Assembly (NCBI RefSeq): GCF_018350175.1 | Contig: NC_058368.1 | Span: 30,816,001-30,880,000, forward strand | Source: Felis catus | Lineage: Eukaryota | DNA: 64,000 nt | Direction: 5' to 3' | Shown here: positions 38,641 through 52,151 of the stretch, in pieces | Layout of the letters: every line of letters starts with the position of its first letter | How positions within the stretch are numbered: position 1 is the stretch's first letter | Position numbers and translations under genes: made by a program | The notes under the pieces: generated by a model | Seen by the model: the letters and a program-made list of their open reading frames with translations, nothing else | What the model was told of the DNA's origin: nothing | Databases searched by the model: none

Positions 38641-40946
38641 ATACTATACTACCTCTGACACACGGTCGAATAATAATGACAGATTGTTTCTTATCCAAGG
38701 TATCCAGTATCTGTAAATTTAATTTGTGCATTTTATTGATGCTTATATATTTTAAACAAGCAATCTATTGGCTGGGCTGGTCAGCTATTTTGCATATCAC
38801 TTATAGAAATAACTTGGGGCACATTAGCAAATCTTTGAGTGGTTGGGTAAGGTCAGAGCCTTGGGCTGCTGGTTTTAATGGTCCAGGGGAGGGGACAAGG
38901 CTGACCACAATGGAGTGAGAATCAGGTCCCACACTTCCCAGAGGAAGGAGAATAGTGGATGTTGGAAATCACATATGCAAACATGAGGCTGGATCAGAGT
39001 TCTGTTAATTAGTGACTATAAACAATTTTTATTAAACAGAGAAGACAAGGGAATGAAAACCCTAAGATCTTGGGATTGCCATGAAGATAGAGTTAATTAA
39101 TATCAGTAAAGTATTTAGAACGGAACCTGCAATAGAGCGAGTGCTCAATAACTGTTGTTACTACCTTTTTCAGTATTGAATTTCATTCATCTTTTTTTTT
39201 CAGAAACAGGACCTTTAGTTATTGTGGATGTGGAGAATTTTTTTTTCCCTACTCTAATACCCTATGCTCATGAAAAATCAAGAGACAGTAAAGGAAATTC
39301 TGCTCTAAGACAATGGGACTCTAAGATGCCCAAAGACTTGCCATAAAAAATGGACAATTATTTCATACGAGAGGCATGCCCTATTCCTGGTCAAAGATTT
39401 GAAATTTGAAAAGAAAAACCCAAAAACCAAAAAACACAAGCCTCCAAAAGATAAAGAATAAACTTCGATATTTCTACTTAAAAGGGATTTTTAAAGGACT
39501 TAAATCAAGAAGGGCAAGGAAAAAGGAAAGAGAGATGACAGCCACAACATTGTAGAAATGAGAAACAAAGCCCGCAGTGTGGGTGAGTGGGGGATAGGGT
39601 AGGAGGTACAGGACATTCAGAAGCAAGCTGGTCCCTCTACAGAATACCAGAAAGCATGAGAATCAGAACCACTGATTATTTCAGAAAGTGAAGGTACAAG
39701 GAGGTTGTGTGGAAGTCGATCTCTGAACTACTTTACATATTTCAGTATATTTAGACAGAGTTTATATCTATATCTGATGTAGACTAATTAGTGCAATAAT
39801 AAAATCTTTTGAAGAAAAGCAAAAAGAAATTTATAAAAGAAGGGCAATCACGATATGAATAATGATATTATAAACTCAGCTGCAACTATATTAAAGGATA
39901 AGGTATAAGAATTTTGTGTGTGGGAGGGAGGAGGGAAAAGGGGTTAAGACTTCAATTTCCATAGTAGGAAGTCAGTAGATACTACCTATAAGGGGGGTGG
40001 TGGGCAGCGATGAGAAACAGCAAACCATGTTATTTAGAAACATGAAAGTTGACCCCAGAAGAAACAGTCAAAGGAGCTGAGAGTAGTTACCTCTGGGGAA
40101 TGCAGATCAGCTTTGGGACGGTAAGAGAGAGAACAACTACGTTTTATTTCCAACCTTGGAGAACTATTTGATTTATCTAAAACCATAGGTATCTATATCT
40201 TTGATAGATATACAAATTATATTAGAAGGAAGAGAGAATACTCTGTGTGGTAGGAGTAGAAATTCTCACAACAAAGTAAAGCTAAAAGGGGTGTTAACAA
40301 GTACCCAAATTAAGGTAGAATAAACAAGGCTTGTAAATGGTGGAATGCATTGGGGAACGTAGACATATGTCAGGGGGCAAGTAGAAAAAATAGAGAAAGA
40401 GGTTGTGAAAAGGTATTTAACATACTTGTGCTGCTTTAATGCTTTGTGCTTAAAGTCGTTTTAACATACTTTCGATTCTTGACAACTGGCCTGCTGATAC
40501 TGGGGAATGCAATAAAGCAGTCTAGTCCAATGAGTCTGGTCATATATCACATTAAATCCCTTGGCATGTAGAGTTGGTCACAGCTTGTGCAGTTGCTATT
40601 TCCTGTAAAATTATGGCAGTGATATATGTAGATATATTTTCAAGCATGCCCAAGGGTAAAATTTTTATTGTTTTACACGACAGATAGCTTATCATATAAT
40701 CAGAGAGGTGGAATGGACATTAAAGGTTATCTGGTTCTACTCTGTTTAATTCTTAAATTTCCTGAGCAATATCCCTATTTGGTGAGAAATGCTTCCACCT
40801 ATCTTATAGAATTCCCTCCCAGTGACTGTACAGGGACATCTTGGTTTCAAGATTGTTCAGGATTGAAGAAGATGTGAACAGAGTGACCACTTACCAGAAG
40901 GCAGTGTTATGGTCATGGCATGGTCCTTCTAAAGGAGATTGATACA

Positions 40947-41150
40947 GGGGCGCCTGGGTGGCTCAGTCTGTTGAACGTCCGACTTCGGCTCAGGTCATGA
41001 CCTCACAGTCCATGAGTTAGAGCCCTGCATCCGGCTCTGTGCTGACAGCTCAAAGCCTGGAGCCTGCTTCCGATTCTGTGTCTCCCTCTCTCTCTGCTCC
41101 TCCCCTGCTCATGCTCTGCCTCTCTCTGTCTCAAAAATAAATAAAAACAT
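40947..41150 (+). mobile_element. Can-SINE, 5' part of a SINE-L1 composite
   Basis: Full body; tail stops at aaaaacatt and runs into L1 sequence gaggacgg. Confidence 0.95.
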
Positions 41151-41159
41151 TGAGGACGG

Positions 41160-41379
41160 GGGGCGCCTGGGTGGCGTAGTCGGTTAAGCGTCCGACTTCA
41201 GCCAGGTCACGATCTCGCGGTCCGTGAGTTCGAGCCCCGCGTCAGGCTCTGGGCTGATGGCTCGGAGCCTGGAGCCTGTTTCCGATTCTGTGTCTCCCTC
41301 TCTCTCTGCCCCTCCCCCGTTCATGCTCTGTCTCTTTCTGTCCCAAAAATAAATTAAAAACGTTGAAAAAAAAAAACTT
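41160..41379 (+). mobile_element. Young CpG-rich feline SINE with perfect 16 bp TSD
   Basis: TSD aaaacattgaggacgg at 41144-41159 and 41380-41395. Confidence 0.97.
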
Positions 41380-41384
41380 AAAAC

Positions 41385-41517
41385 ATTGAGGACGGCACCT
41401 TTTGGGATGAGCCCTGGATGTTGTATGGAAACCAATTTGACAATAAATTTCATATATTGAAAAAATAAATAAATAAATAAAAATAAAAAATAAAAAATGA
41501 AAAGAAAAAAAATTATG
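41385..41517 (+). mobile_element. Extreme 3' end of a feline L1 with A-rich tail
   Basis: attgaggacggcaccttttgggatgagccctggatgttgtatggaaaccaatttgacaataaatttcatatattg matches the L1 end at 11305-11379. Confidence 0.93.
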
Positions 41518-43644
41518 AAGGAGATTGATGCAGATGATTACTATAAATGGCAATAGGAACAACGATTACTTATTAGGTAATCATGTTGTAAACTTACTGG
41601 TCCCATTAATTTAATTGACACCAATATTTTCTTCAGTCCTTGTTAACATGGCCTTCTTATTACATTCTTGATTTTGAAATGTTTTTGGCTGTGGATGTGA
41701 GTAATTTTCTCAAGAATTTACACAGTTTCCACATTGTTTGAGCTGCATATTTAAGAAGGTCCTCTGTTGACTTCAGAAATAAATGAAAATAAACTGGCTG
41801 GGCAGAACATTTGGGGCTGTAGGCCTGGCATACTATACAACTGTTAAAAAGAATGGCACAATTTTGTGTGTTCTAATATCGCAAAACAAACTGCTACCAT
41901 ATATTTCTGAATTTATATTTTAAAAATGCCCAATAGCGCATACAGAATGACGTAAATTGAGATGCTAATTTTAAAATCTTTAGAACAGTGCTCTGTACCC
42001 AGTAAATGCTATAAAAAACATGTTTTAAAGTATGAAATGTGTCTATCATACTATTTTTAGTGGAATATAAACAAGTAACTGCTAATATTGGTTAACTTTA
42101 GGTCGAGGACTAGGGAACCAGAGAATAAAGGAACTTAATTTTCATTTTATGCCTTAATATACAGTGTGAATTTTTAACTTTGCACATGTTAGTTACCTTT
42201 AAAATACTTCAAGAAAAAACATAAAGGAAATATCAAGCAAATTATGCAAACAATGCTTTCCTTTTAAAAACTTAATACTCTAGAATATAATTATTATTAA
42301 AACTTTATTTTTTACCCTTGTATGAATTTGGTTTTTCTGCTTGTTTAGCTCTATATATTTTTCTTAATTTAGAAATTTTAATAAGGACATGCTCTACTTG
42401 GTTATTGTACATGTTGCTTTAATCATATTGACATTTTTTATCTTGTCAGCTTGAACTTCTTCAGATTAAGAGAAGTTTTTGTCTTTGTTTCCGGTTGCAT
42501 GATTCATTGTGACTTCTGTTCCATTTTCTCTTATTTTTCCTTTGAGAATACACATACTTTATAATTTGGAACACCATTCAAAGTCTGTCAGAATGGTCAC
42601 TTTCTTTTTTTCTCAAGGTTCTTCTTCCTTTCGTCTTTTCTACTATGTTCTGGATGAAGTGTTTAATTGTGTACTACCCATAACTGAGGTTGTGCTTGAC
42701 AACATCTGATCTCTCAGCTGGCACGAATGGAGATTATTTCACTGTTGGTTTTATTTCCTTCTCTCATTTATTTCTCTCTTCTGTTTGCCTTTTTGGTAGT
42801 GAGTTCACTCAGTATGGCTCTCTGCTCTTATTTCTAAAGGCCATAGAAATGATATATCTGATGCCAACAAATATATGTCCTAAAATGTTCTGTTTTATGT
42901 ATAATCCCCGTATATACGTGTGCGCACACGTGCACACACACACACACACACACTCCTCTATTCTAGGTAATTGTTGTTTCTTTTGTGAGATAGTTTAGAA
43001 AGAGCTGGGTAATTTTTAATTATTCAAAATTAAGCCATGTGTTCTGGTTGACATTTGCAAATAGATTTCTTTTTTTTAAATTTCCATTTGCACTTCCCTC
43101 TTCTGACGGTGCACCTGGATCCTGACAGATTACCTTTCCAAGAATAGATAGGCTTTGTTCAATTCCTTGGACTTCTCAGTTATTTTTTCCTGTTGTCTTG
43201 GGTTGAGTCTCTTTGGATGTCACGTTATTTCCTTTTGCTTTGGTACTGTCGCCAGAATCTAATTCTTCTTTGTTCATAGCAGAGAATGTGAAAGACTGTA
43301 ATTCTCAGCATCCGCTATTCAGAATACTCTTTGTGTTTTCACTCTCATGTAAATGGCGTTTGTTTGTATTTGTTTTTCTATAGAAAGCCTTTCTCAAACC
43401 AGGTAAGAAATCCTTCTTACCATTACGCCATCATGACGTTTTTACTTTGATAGTTTTCATATATGATCTATGGCTTTACTTTTACTAGAATATACTTTAG
43501 TCGGTCGAGAAAGTATAATGTTTACTCGTAATTCCATTTTCTTCTAAGATGTGTTTTTTGCACCACGTGTGGAAGTCAACATCCTTGTTACATCTTTTTT
43601 GTGTGCTCACGGTTTTTCTGAAATCTATTTTTGGAAGTGAATAA

Positions 43645-44437
43645 TGGAAACCTGTACATTGTTGGTGGCACATAAAACGGTGCAGCAGCCATAAAAAACA
43701 GTGTGGAGGATTCCTCAAGAAATCAAAAATAAAACTATTATATGTTGCAACAGTTCTATTTCTGGTCATTTATTAGAAGGAATTGAAATCAGGATCGTGA
43801 GCAGGTATCTGCATTCCCATGTTCATTGTGGTGCTATTCACAATAGAAAAGATACAGAAACAACCTTAATCCTAACAATGGATGCATGGATAAGGAAAAT
43901 GTGGTATATACATAAGTGGAATATTACTCAGCCTTAAAAAAAAAAAGGTGACAATGGCAGGTGACAATATGGATAAACCTGGAGGGCACTATGCTAAATG
44001 AAGTGAGCAAGTCGCAGTAAGACAAATACTGCATGATTCCACTTGTATGAGATATCTAAAATAAACTCATATAAATAGACAGTAATAATAGTTGCTGGGG
44101 GGATATAGGAAGTCGTTCAGTGGGTATAAAGTTTTAGTTCCACATGATGAATAAGTTCTAGACCTCTGTTGTATAACATGGTGTCTGTAGTTAATAATAC
44201 TATATTGTACACTTAAAAAATTTTAAAGGAAGACATCTCATCTATTCTTTACTATGAGCAGAAAGGCCTGGGGAGAGGGGGCACAAGGAAGCTTTTGGAG
44301 GTAATGGATAGGATTATTACCTTGATTTTCATAAAGGGTCATGTCTACTTGTATGTACAAATTCATCAAATTAAAATATGTTAAATAAGTTCAGTGTTTG
44401 TATATTGGTTATACCTCAATAAAGCTGTTTGAAAAAG
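43645..44437 (+). mobile_element. L1 3' end (L1MA-like)
   Basis: ORF2 C-terminal remnants (DAWIRKMWYIH), aacctggagggcactatgctaaatgaa, ttatacctcaataaagctg. Confidence 0.85.
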
Positions 44438-44610
44438 TACAATGACATTAGAATGGAAAATATAATAGAGAAATATGGAATGAAAAAAATTATACAAATA
44501 AACTATTTTTGAAGTAAAAAATGTAAACACTGAAGCATTTTTCTAGAGACACAGAATAGCATGTATCAGTTCATAAAATAAATTAATCAAGTTAGGCGTG
44601 ATTATCATGC

Positions 44611-44689
44611 TTAAATATATATATATATATAAAGATATAAATATATATATAAAATATATATAAAGATATATATATAAATATATATATAA

Positions 44690-44725
<36 letters not shown>

Positions 44726-44735
44726 AAGAAATAAT
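44611..44735. repeat. Degenerate (TA)n AT-rich tract
   Basis: Directly visible. Confidence 0.93.
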
Positions 44736-45189
44736 TAGGATGTCTGGAATTTCTTTCAAAATAATTGAGAGTATGGGAAGTAGCTTGGGATACAGCTGAG
44801 ATACTGGAGATTGGGAGTAGCTGAAACAGTTGGGAATGGAGTTTGGCTCTGTTAAAACTCATTCAAGCTAGGTGAGGGCATTCCTTATATCATCCACCAT
44901 AGTTTTCTATATGGCTAAAATTTTCTATCTTAAGAAGTTTAAAATACAAATTAAGAAATATAACTCAGATTACTGGGAAAGTGGGCTTGAGTTTTTAAAT
45001 AAAAACAAATTACATTTCTTTTAAGTTTGGTGGGGTTATATTGCTTTAAAATCCACAATATATCACAAATATTATTTTGCCCTGTAAAAAATGTGTCTGA
45101 TGCTCTCCAAATACAAAGTTCCCAGGATTATTGAGTCACAAGACATAAATCTGAGAATTTGTCATTTCAGGATAAATAAATAAGTAAAT

Positions 45190-45322
45190 ATGTGTGTGTA
45201 TATATATATATATATATAATATGCATACAATAATATATAATATATACATATATTTGTGTATATAATATATAATATGGATATAATAATATATAATATATAA
45301 ATATATTTATATATATATAATA
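45190..45322. repeat. Degenerate (TA)/(TATAA)n AT-rich tract
   Basis: Directly visible. Confidence 0.9.
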
Positions 45323-48300
45323 CTAGATATAGTAAAGTTGTTCTTGGAAGGCAGGGGTAGAATGGTTGGGATAAAGTAGGGATAATGAAGATCTGCTGTG
45401 ATCACACCTCCTGGCTCAGAAGACAATCAGCTCATATGGCTTGAGTATGTATTCTGCAGTGTGTTTTAAACACATTATATTTATTGGCCCATTTTATCTT
45501 CCCAAGATTCCAGTGAGGCATGTGCTATTATTGCCATTTTATATATGATGACATGAAAACAACATGGTTTAATTAACGGCAAAATTTTGGACTAAAACAA
45601 GAGAGCTGGCTCTGCTTTTTATTCTTTTTTCCTCCCCATCTTTCTAAGTTTTTATTTAAATTCCAGTTGGTAAACATACAGGGTAATATTCATTTCAGGT
45701 GTACAATATTGTGATTCATCAGTTACATACGACACCCGGTGTTCATCACTACTAGTGTCCTCCTTAACTCGTTACCCATTTAGCCCATCCCACTACCCAA
45801 ATCCCCTCCAGCCACCCTCAGTTTGTTCTCTGTAGTTAAGAGGCTGTTTCCTGGTTCGCCTCTATTTTTTATTTTATCATATGTTCATGTTGTGTTTCTT
45901 AAATTCCGCATATGAATGAAATCATATGATATTTGTCTTTTTTCTGACTGATTTATTTCACTTGGCATAATACTCTCTAGTCCCATCCATGTCATTGTAA
46001 ATGGCAAGATTTCATTCTTTTGATCGCTGAGTAACATTCCATATATAGACCTCCCCCCCCCCCACTTTTTTTTTAGTTTATTGTCAAGTAATATACAGTG
46101 TAGTCTTGGCTTCAGCAATAGATTCCTATGATTCATCACTTACATACGACACCCAGTGCTCATCCCAACGTGTGCCCTCCTCAATACCCATCACCTTCCC
46201 CTCCCCCATCAACCCTCAGTTTGTCCTCTGTATTTGAGAGTCTCTTATTGTTTGCCTCCCTCTATGTTTGTAACTTATTTTTCCTTCCCTTCCTGTCTGG
46301 TCTTTTGTTAAGTTTCTCAAATTCTACATATGAGTGAAATCATATGATATCTGTCTTTCTCCGACTATCTTATTTCACTTAGCATAATACATTCCAGTTC
46401 CATCCACACTGTTACAAATGGCAAAATTTCATTCTTTTTCTTTGTCGAGTAGCATTCCATTGTGTATATATACCACATCTTTATTATCCATTCATTAGTT
46501 GATGGACATTTGGGCTCTTTCCATAATTTGGCTATTGTTGATAATGCTGCTATAAACGTTGGGGTACATGTGCCCCTACAAATAAGCACTCTGATATCCT
46601 TTGGATAAATTCCCAGTAGTGCTATTGCTGGGTCAGAGTTATTTTATTTTTAATTTTTTGAGGAACCTGTAAATGTTTTCCAGAGTGTCTGCACCAGTTT
46701 GCATTCCCACCAGCAATGGAAAAGAGATGCTCTTTCTCTGCATCCTCGCCAACATCTGTTGTTGCTTGAGTTGTTAATGTTAGCCATTCTGACAAGTGTG
46801 AGGTAGTATCTCAGTGTGGTTTTGATTTGTATTTCCCTGATGATGAATAATGTTGAACATCTTTTCATGTGTCAGTCAGTTGGCCATCTGGATGTCTTCT
46901 TTGGAGAAGTGTCTATTCATGTCTTCTGCCCATTCACTGGATTATTTGTTATTTGGGTGTTGAATTTAACTTCTTTGCAGATTTTGGATACTAACCCTTT
47001 ATCTGATACGTCATTTGCAAATATCTTCTCCCATTCTATCAGTTGACTTTTAGTTTTGATGATGTTTCCTTCACTGTGCAGAAGCCTTTTATCTTGATGA
47101 AGTCCCCATAGTTCATTTTTGCTTTTGTTTCCCTTGCCTCTGGAGACGTGTCAAGCAAGAAGTTGCTGCAGCCAAGGCCAAAGAGGTTGCTACCTGTTTT
47201 CTCTTCTAGGATTTTGATAGTTTCCTCTTACACATTTATGTCTTTCATCCATTTTGAATTTATTTCTGTGTATGGTATAAGAAAGTGGATCAGTTTCATT
47301 TTTCTGCAGGTTGCTGTCCAGTTCTCCCAGCACCATTTGCTAAAGAGATGGTCTTTTTTTCCCATTGGATACTCTCCCCTGCTTTGTCGAGGACTATTTG
47401 GCCATACATTTGTGGGTCCACTTCTGGGTTCTCTATTCTATTCCCTTGGTCTATGTGCCTGTTTTTGTGCCAATACCTACTGTGTTGATTATAGCTTTGT
47501 AATATAGGCTAAAGTCCAGGATTGTGATGCCTGCAACTGATTTCTGTACATTGATTATATACTCTATGACTTTGCTGAATTCATGGATCAGTTCTAGCAA
47601 GTTTGGGAGAAGTATTTTGGGTTTTCAGTGTAGAGTATCATGTCATCTGCCAAAAGTGAAAGTTTGACTTCTTTGCCAATTTCTATGCCTTTTATTTCAT
47701 TTAGTGTTCTGATTTTTGAGGCTGGGACTTCAAACACTATGTTAGAAAACAGTGGCGAGAATAGACATCTCTGTCGTGTTCTTAATTTCAGGAAAAGCTT
47801 GGGGAAAGTTTTCCCCATTGAGGATGATATTAGCTGAGGGCCTTTCATTTATGGCTTTTATGAAGTTAAGGTATATTCCTTCTATCCTGACTTTCTTGAG
47901 GGTTTTTATTAGGAAAGGATATTGTATTTTGTCAAATGCTTTTTCTGCCTCTGTTGACAGGATAATATGGTTCTTATCCTTTCTTCTATTGATGTGATTT
48001 GTCACATTGATTGATTTGCAAATATTGAACCAGCACTACAGTCCAAGAATGAATCACACTTGATCATGGTGAATAATTCTTTTAATATACTGTTGAATTT
48101 GATTTGTTAGTATCTTGTTGAGAATTTTTACATCTGTCTTCATCAGGGATATTGGCCTGTAGGTCTCCTTTTTAGTAGGGTCTTTGTTTGGGAATCAAGG
48201 TAATGCTGGCTTCATAGAAAGAGTGTAGAAACTTCCCTTCCATTTCTATTTTTTTGGAACAGCTTGAGAAGAATAGGTATTAACTCTGCATTAGATGTCT

Positions 48301-48677
48301 GGTTATATTCCCTTAGGAATCTATCTGGACAAGAACTCTTACTTGTTGGGAGATATTTGATAACTGATTCAATTTATTCACTGGTTATGGGTCTGTTCAA
48401 GTTTTCTCTTTCTTCCCTTTTGAGTTTTGGTAGTGTGTAGGTCTCTAGGAATTTGTCCATTTCTTCCAGATTGTCCAGTTGGTTGGCATATAATTTTTCA
48501 TAGTATTCCCTAATAATTGCATTTCTGTGGTATTGGTTGTGATCTCTCCTCTTTCAATTCGTGATTTTATCTATTTGGGTCCTTTCTTTTTTCTTTTTGG
48601 GAAGTCTGCCTCGGGGGTTATCAGTTTTGTTTATTCTTTCAAAACCCAGCTCTTAGATTCATTGATCTGTTCTACTG

Positions 48678-49079
48678 TTTTTTGGTTTTCTATTTTATTT
48701 ATTTCTGCCCTAATCTTTATTATTTCTCTTCTTCTGCTGGCTTTGGGGTTTCTTTGATGCTCTGCTTCTAGTTCGTTCAGGTGTGAGTTTAGGTTCTGTA
48801 TTTGGTACCTTTTTTTGGTTTCTATTTTATTTATTTCTGCCCTAATCTTTATTATTTCTCTTCTTCTGCTGGCTTTGGGGTTTCTTTGATGCTCTGCTTC
48901 TAGTTCGTTCAGGTGTGAGTTTAGGTTCTGTATTTGGTACCTTTTTTTGGTTTCTATTTTATTTATTTCTGCCCTAATCTTTATTATTTCTCTTCTTCTG
49001 CTGGCTTTGGGGTTTCTTTGATGCTCTGCTTCTAGTTCGTTCAGGTGTGAGTTTAGGTTCTGTATTTGGTACCTTTTTT
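48678..49079. repeat. Tandem triplication, 3 x 132 bp, within L1-B ORF2
   Basis: tttggtacc recurs at 48801, 48933 and 49065; ORF 48631-49185 shows a 44-aa unit three times. Confidence 0.97.
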
Positions 49080-49186
49080 GCTTCTTGAGATAGGCCTGGA
49101 TTGCAATGTATTTTCCTCTTAGGACTGCCTTTGCTGCGTCCCAAAGGGTTTGGACTGTCTTGTTTTCATTTTCATTTGCTTTCATA

Positions 49187-49386
49187 TTTTTTAAATAATT
49201 TTTTAATGTTTATTTTTGAGTCAGAGAGCACAAATGGGGGAGGGGAAGAGAGTGAGGGAGATACAGAATCCAAAGCAGGATCCAGTCTCTGAGATGTCAA
49301 CAGAGTCTGATGTAGAGCTCGAACTCCCGAACTGTGAGATCATGACTTGAGCTGGACCTTAACTGGCTGAACCACCCAGATGCCCC
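49187..49386 (-). mobile_element. Can-SINE inside L1-B
   Basis: Ends accacccagatgcccc; TSD-like atttgctttcatattttt / atttgcttttatatattttt. Confidence 0.9.
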
Positions 49387-49993
49387 ATAATTTGCTTTTA
49401 TATATTTTTTTAAATTTTTTCTTCAATTTCTTGGTTGACCCATTCATTCTTTAGTAGGACCCATTCATTCTTTAATCTCCATGTATTTGGGGGCTTTCTA
49501 AATTTTTTCTTGTGGTTGATTACAGGTTTCATAGTGTTGTGATCTGAAAATATGCATGGTATCATGTCCATGCTTTTATATTTGTTGAGGGCTATTTTGT
49601 GACCCAGTATGTGATCTGTTTTGGAGAATGTTCCATGTGCACTTGAGAAGAATGTGTATTATGCTGCTTTTGGAATAAAAGTTGTGAATATATCTGTTAA
49701 GTTCATCTGGTCCAATGTGTCATTCAGAATCGTTGTTTCCTTATTGATATTCTGCCTAGATGATCTGTCTATTGTTGTAAGTGGAGTATTAAAGTTGCCT
49801 ACAATCATGGTGTTATTAACTATACCTGTATTTATGTTTATAATTAGTTGATTTATATATTTGGGTTTTTCCACATTGGAGGCATAAACATTTATAATTG
49901 TTAGCTCTTCCTGATGGAGAGATGCCTTAATTATGATATAATGCCCTTCTTCATCTCTTGGTACAGGTTTTGTTTTAAAATCTAGTTTGTCTG

Positions 49994-50853
49994 CTGCACA
50001 CCTGAAAAACAACTAATCCAGTGAATAAATGGGTAGAAGACATGAATAGACACTTCACTAAAGAAGACATCCAGATGGCCAACAGGCACATGAAAAGATG
50101 CTCAACGTCACTCCTCATCAGGGAAATACAAATCAAAACCACACTGAGATATCATCTCACACCAGTCAGAGTGGCTAAAATGAAAAAAAAAAAATCAGGA
50201 GACTATAGATGCTGGAGAGCATGTGGAGAAATGGGAACTCTCTTGCACTATTGGTGGGAATGCAAATTGGTGCAGCCACTCTGGAAAACAGTGTGGAGGG
50301 TCCTCAAAAAATTAAAAATAGATCTACCCTATGACCTAGCAATAGCACTGCTAGGAATTTACCCAAGGGATGCAGGAGTACTGATGCATAGGGGCATTTG
50401 TACCCCAATGTTTATAGCAGCACTTTCATGAATAGCCAAATCATGGAAAGAGCCTAAGTGTCCATCAACTGATGAATGGATAAAGAAGTTATGGTTTATA
50501 TATACAATGGAATACTACTTGGCAATGAGAAAGAATGAAATATGGCCTTTGGTAGCAATGTAATGGAACTGGAGAGTGTTATGCTAAGTGAAATAAGTCA
50601 TACAGGGAAAGACAGATACCATATGTTTCCACTCTTATGTGGATCCTGAGAAACTTAACATAAGACCATGGGGGAAGGGAAGGGGAAAAAGAAAGTTAGG
50701 GAGGGAGGCAAATCATAAAAGACTCTTAAAAGCTGAGAATAAACAGAGGGTTGATGGGGGGTGGGAGATGGACATTAAGGAGGGCACCTGTTGGGATGAG
50801 CACTGGGTGTTGTATGGAAACAAATTTGACAATAAATTTCATATTAAAAAAAA
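49994..50853 (+). mobile_element. Younger 5'-truncated feline L1 inserted antisense into L1-B ORF2, with perfect 18 bp TSD
   Basis: ORF 50021-50431 is the ORF2 C-terminal region; TSD taaaatctagtttgtctg at 49976-49993 and 50854-50871. Confidence 0.96.
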
Positions 50854-51919
50854 TAAAATCTAGTTTGTCTGATATAAGTATGGCTACTCCAGCTTTCTTT
50901 TGACTTCCAGTAACATGATAGATAGTTCTCCATGCCCTCACTTTCAGTCTGCAGGTGTCCTCACGTCTAAAATGAATCTCTTGTAGGCAGCATATAGATG
51001 GATCTTGTTTTTTTATTCATTCTGATACCCTATGTCTTTTGATTGGGGCATTTAGTCCATTTACATTTAGAGGGATTATTGAAAGATATGAATTTAGTGC
51101 CGTTGTGTTATCTGTAGGTTTCATGTTTGTGGTGATGTCTCTGGTCCTTTGTAATCTTTGCTGCTTTCCACTCACAGAGTGCCCCTTAGGATCTCTTGCA
51201 GGGCTGGTTTAGTCGTCATGAACTCCTCTAGTTTTTGTTTGCCTGGGAAAGCCTTTATCTCTCCTTCTATTCTTAATGACAGCCTTGCTGGATAAAGGAT
51301 TCTTGGCTGCATGTTTTTCCTAGTCAGCACATGGAATATTCCCTTCTGGCCTGACAAGTTTGAGTGGACGGGTCTGCTACTACCCTTATATATGTACCCT
51401 TGTAGGTTAAGGCCCATTTGTCCCTAGCTGCTTTCAGAATTCTCTCTTTATCTTTGTATTTTTCTGGTTTCATTATGATATGTCATGGTGATGACCTGTT
51501 TTTGTTGATTTTGAAGGGAGTTCCCTGTGCCTCCTGGACTTGGATGTCTGTTTCCTTCCCCAGATACGGAAGCTCTCAACTATAATTTGTTCAAATTAAC
51601 CTTCTGCCTCTCTATCTCACTCTTCTTCTTCTGGAACTCCTATGATACAGATACTATTTTGTTTCATTGAATCACTTTGGTCTCTAATTTTCCCCTCATG
51701 GCCTAGTAGTTTCTTTTCCTTCTTTTATTTAAGCTTCATCATTTTCCATAATTTTATCTTCTATTTCATCTTGTCTGTCCTCTGCTTCTGCCACCCTTGT
51801 TGTCACTGCATCTAGTTTATTTTGCATCTCATTTACAACCATTTCTTAGATCTTTGATCTCTGCAGCAATAGATTCTCTGCTGTCTCCTATGATTTTCTG
51901 AAGCCCAGCTATTAGTCTT

Positions 51920-51951
51920 CGTTAAGAAAAAGTTTTTAATGGTTATTTATT

Positions 51952-51987
<36 letters not shown>

Positions 51988-52151
51988 AGCAAGGGAGGGG
52001 CAGAGAGAGAGAGGGAGACACAGAATCCAAAGCAGGCTCCAGGCTCTGAGCTTTCAGCATGGAGCCTGATGCAGGCTCAAACTCAAAAACCTCAAGATCA
52101 TGACCTGAGCTGAAGTTGGATGCTTAACCAACTGAGCCACCCGGACATCCC
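51920..52151 (-). mobile_element. Can-SINE inside L1-B ORF1 with 16 bp TSD
   Basis: TSD cccagctattagtctt at 51904-51919 and 52165-52180. Confidence 0.94.

Noticed and set aside
48631..49185. 184-aa ORF with three 44-aa repeats as a novel repeat protein
   Set aside because: It is an L1 ORF2 fragment lengthened by the DNA triplication; its start abuts a SINE insertion and the surrounding ORF2 is broken.
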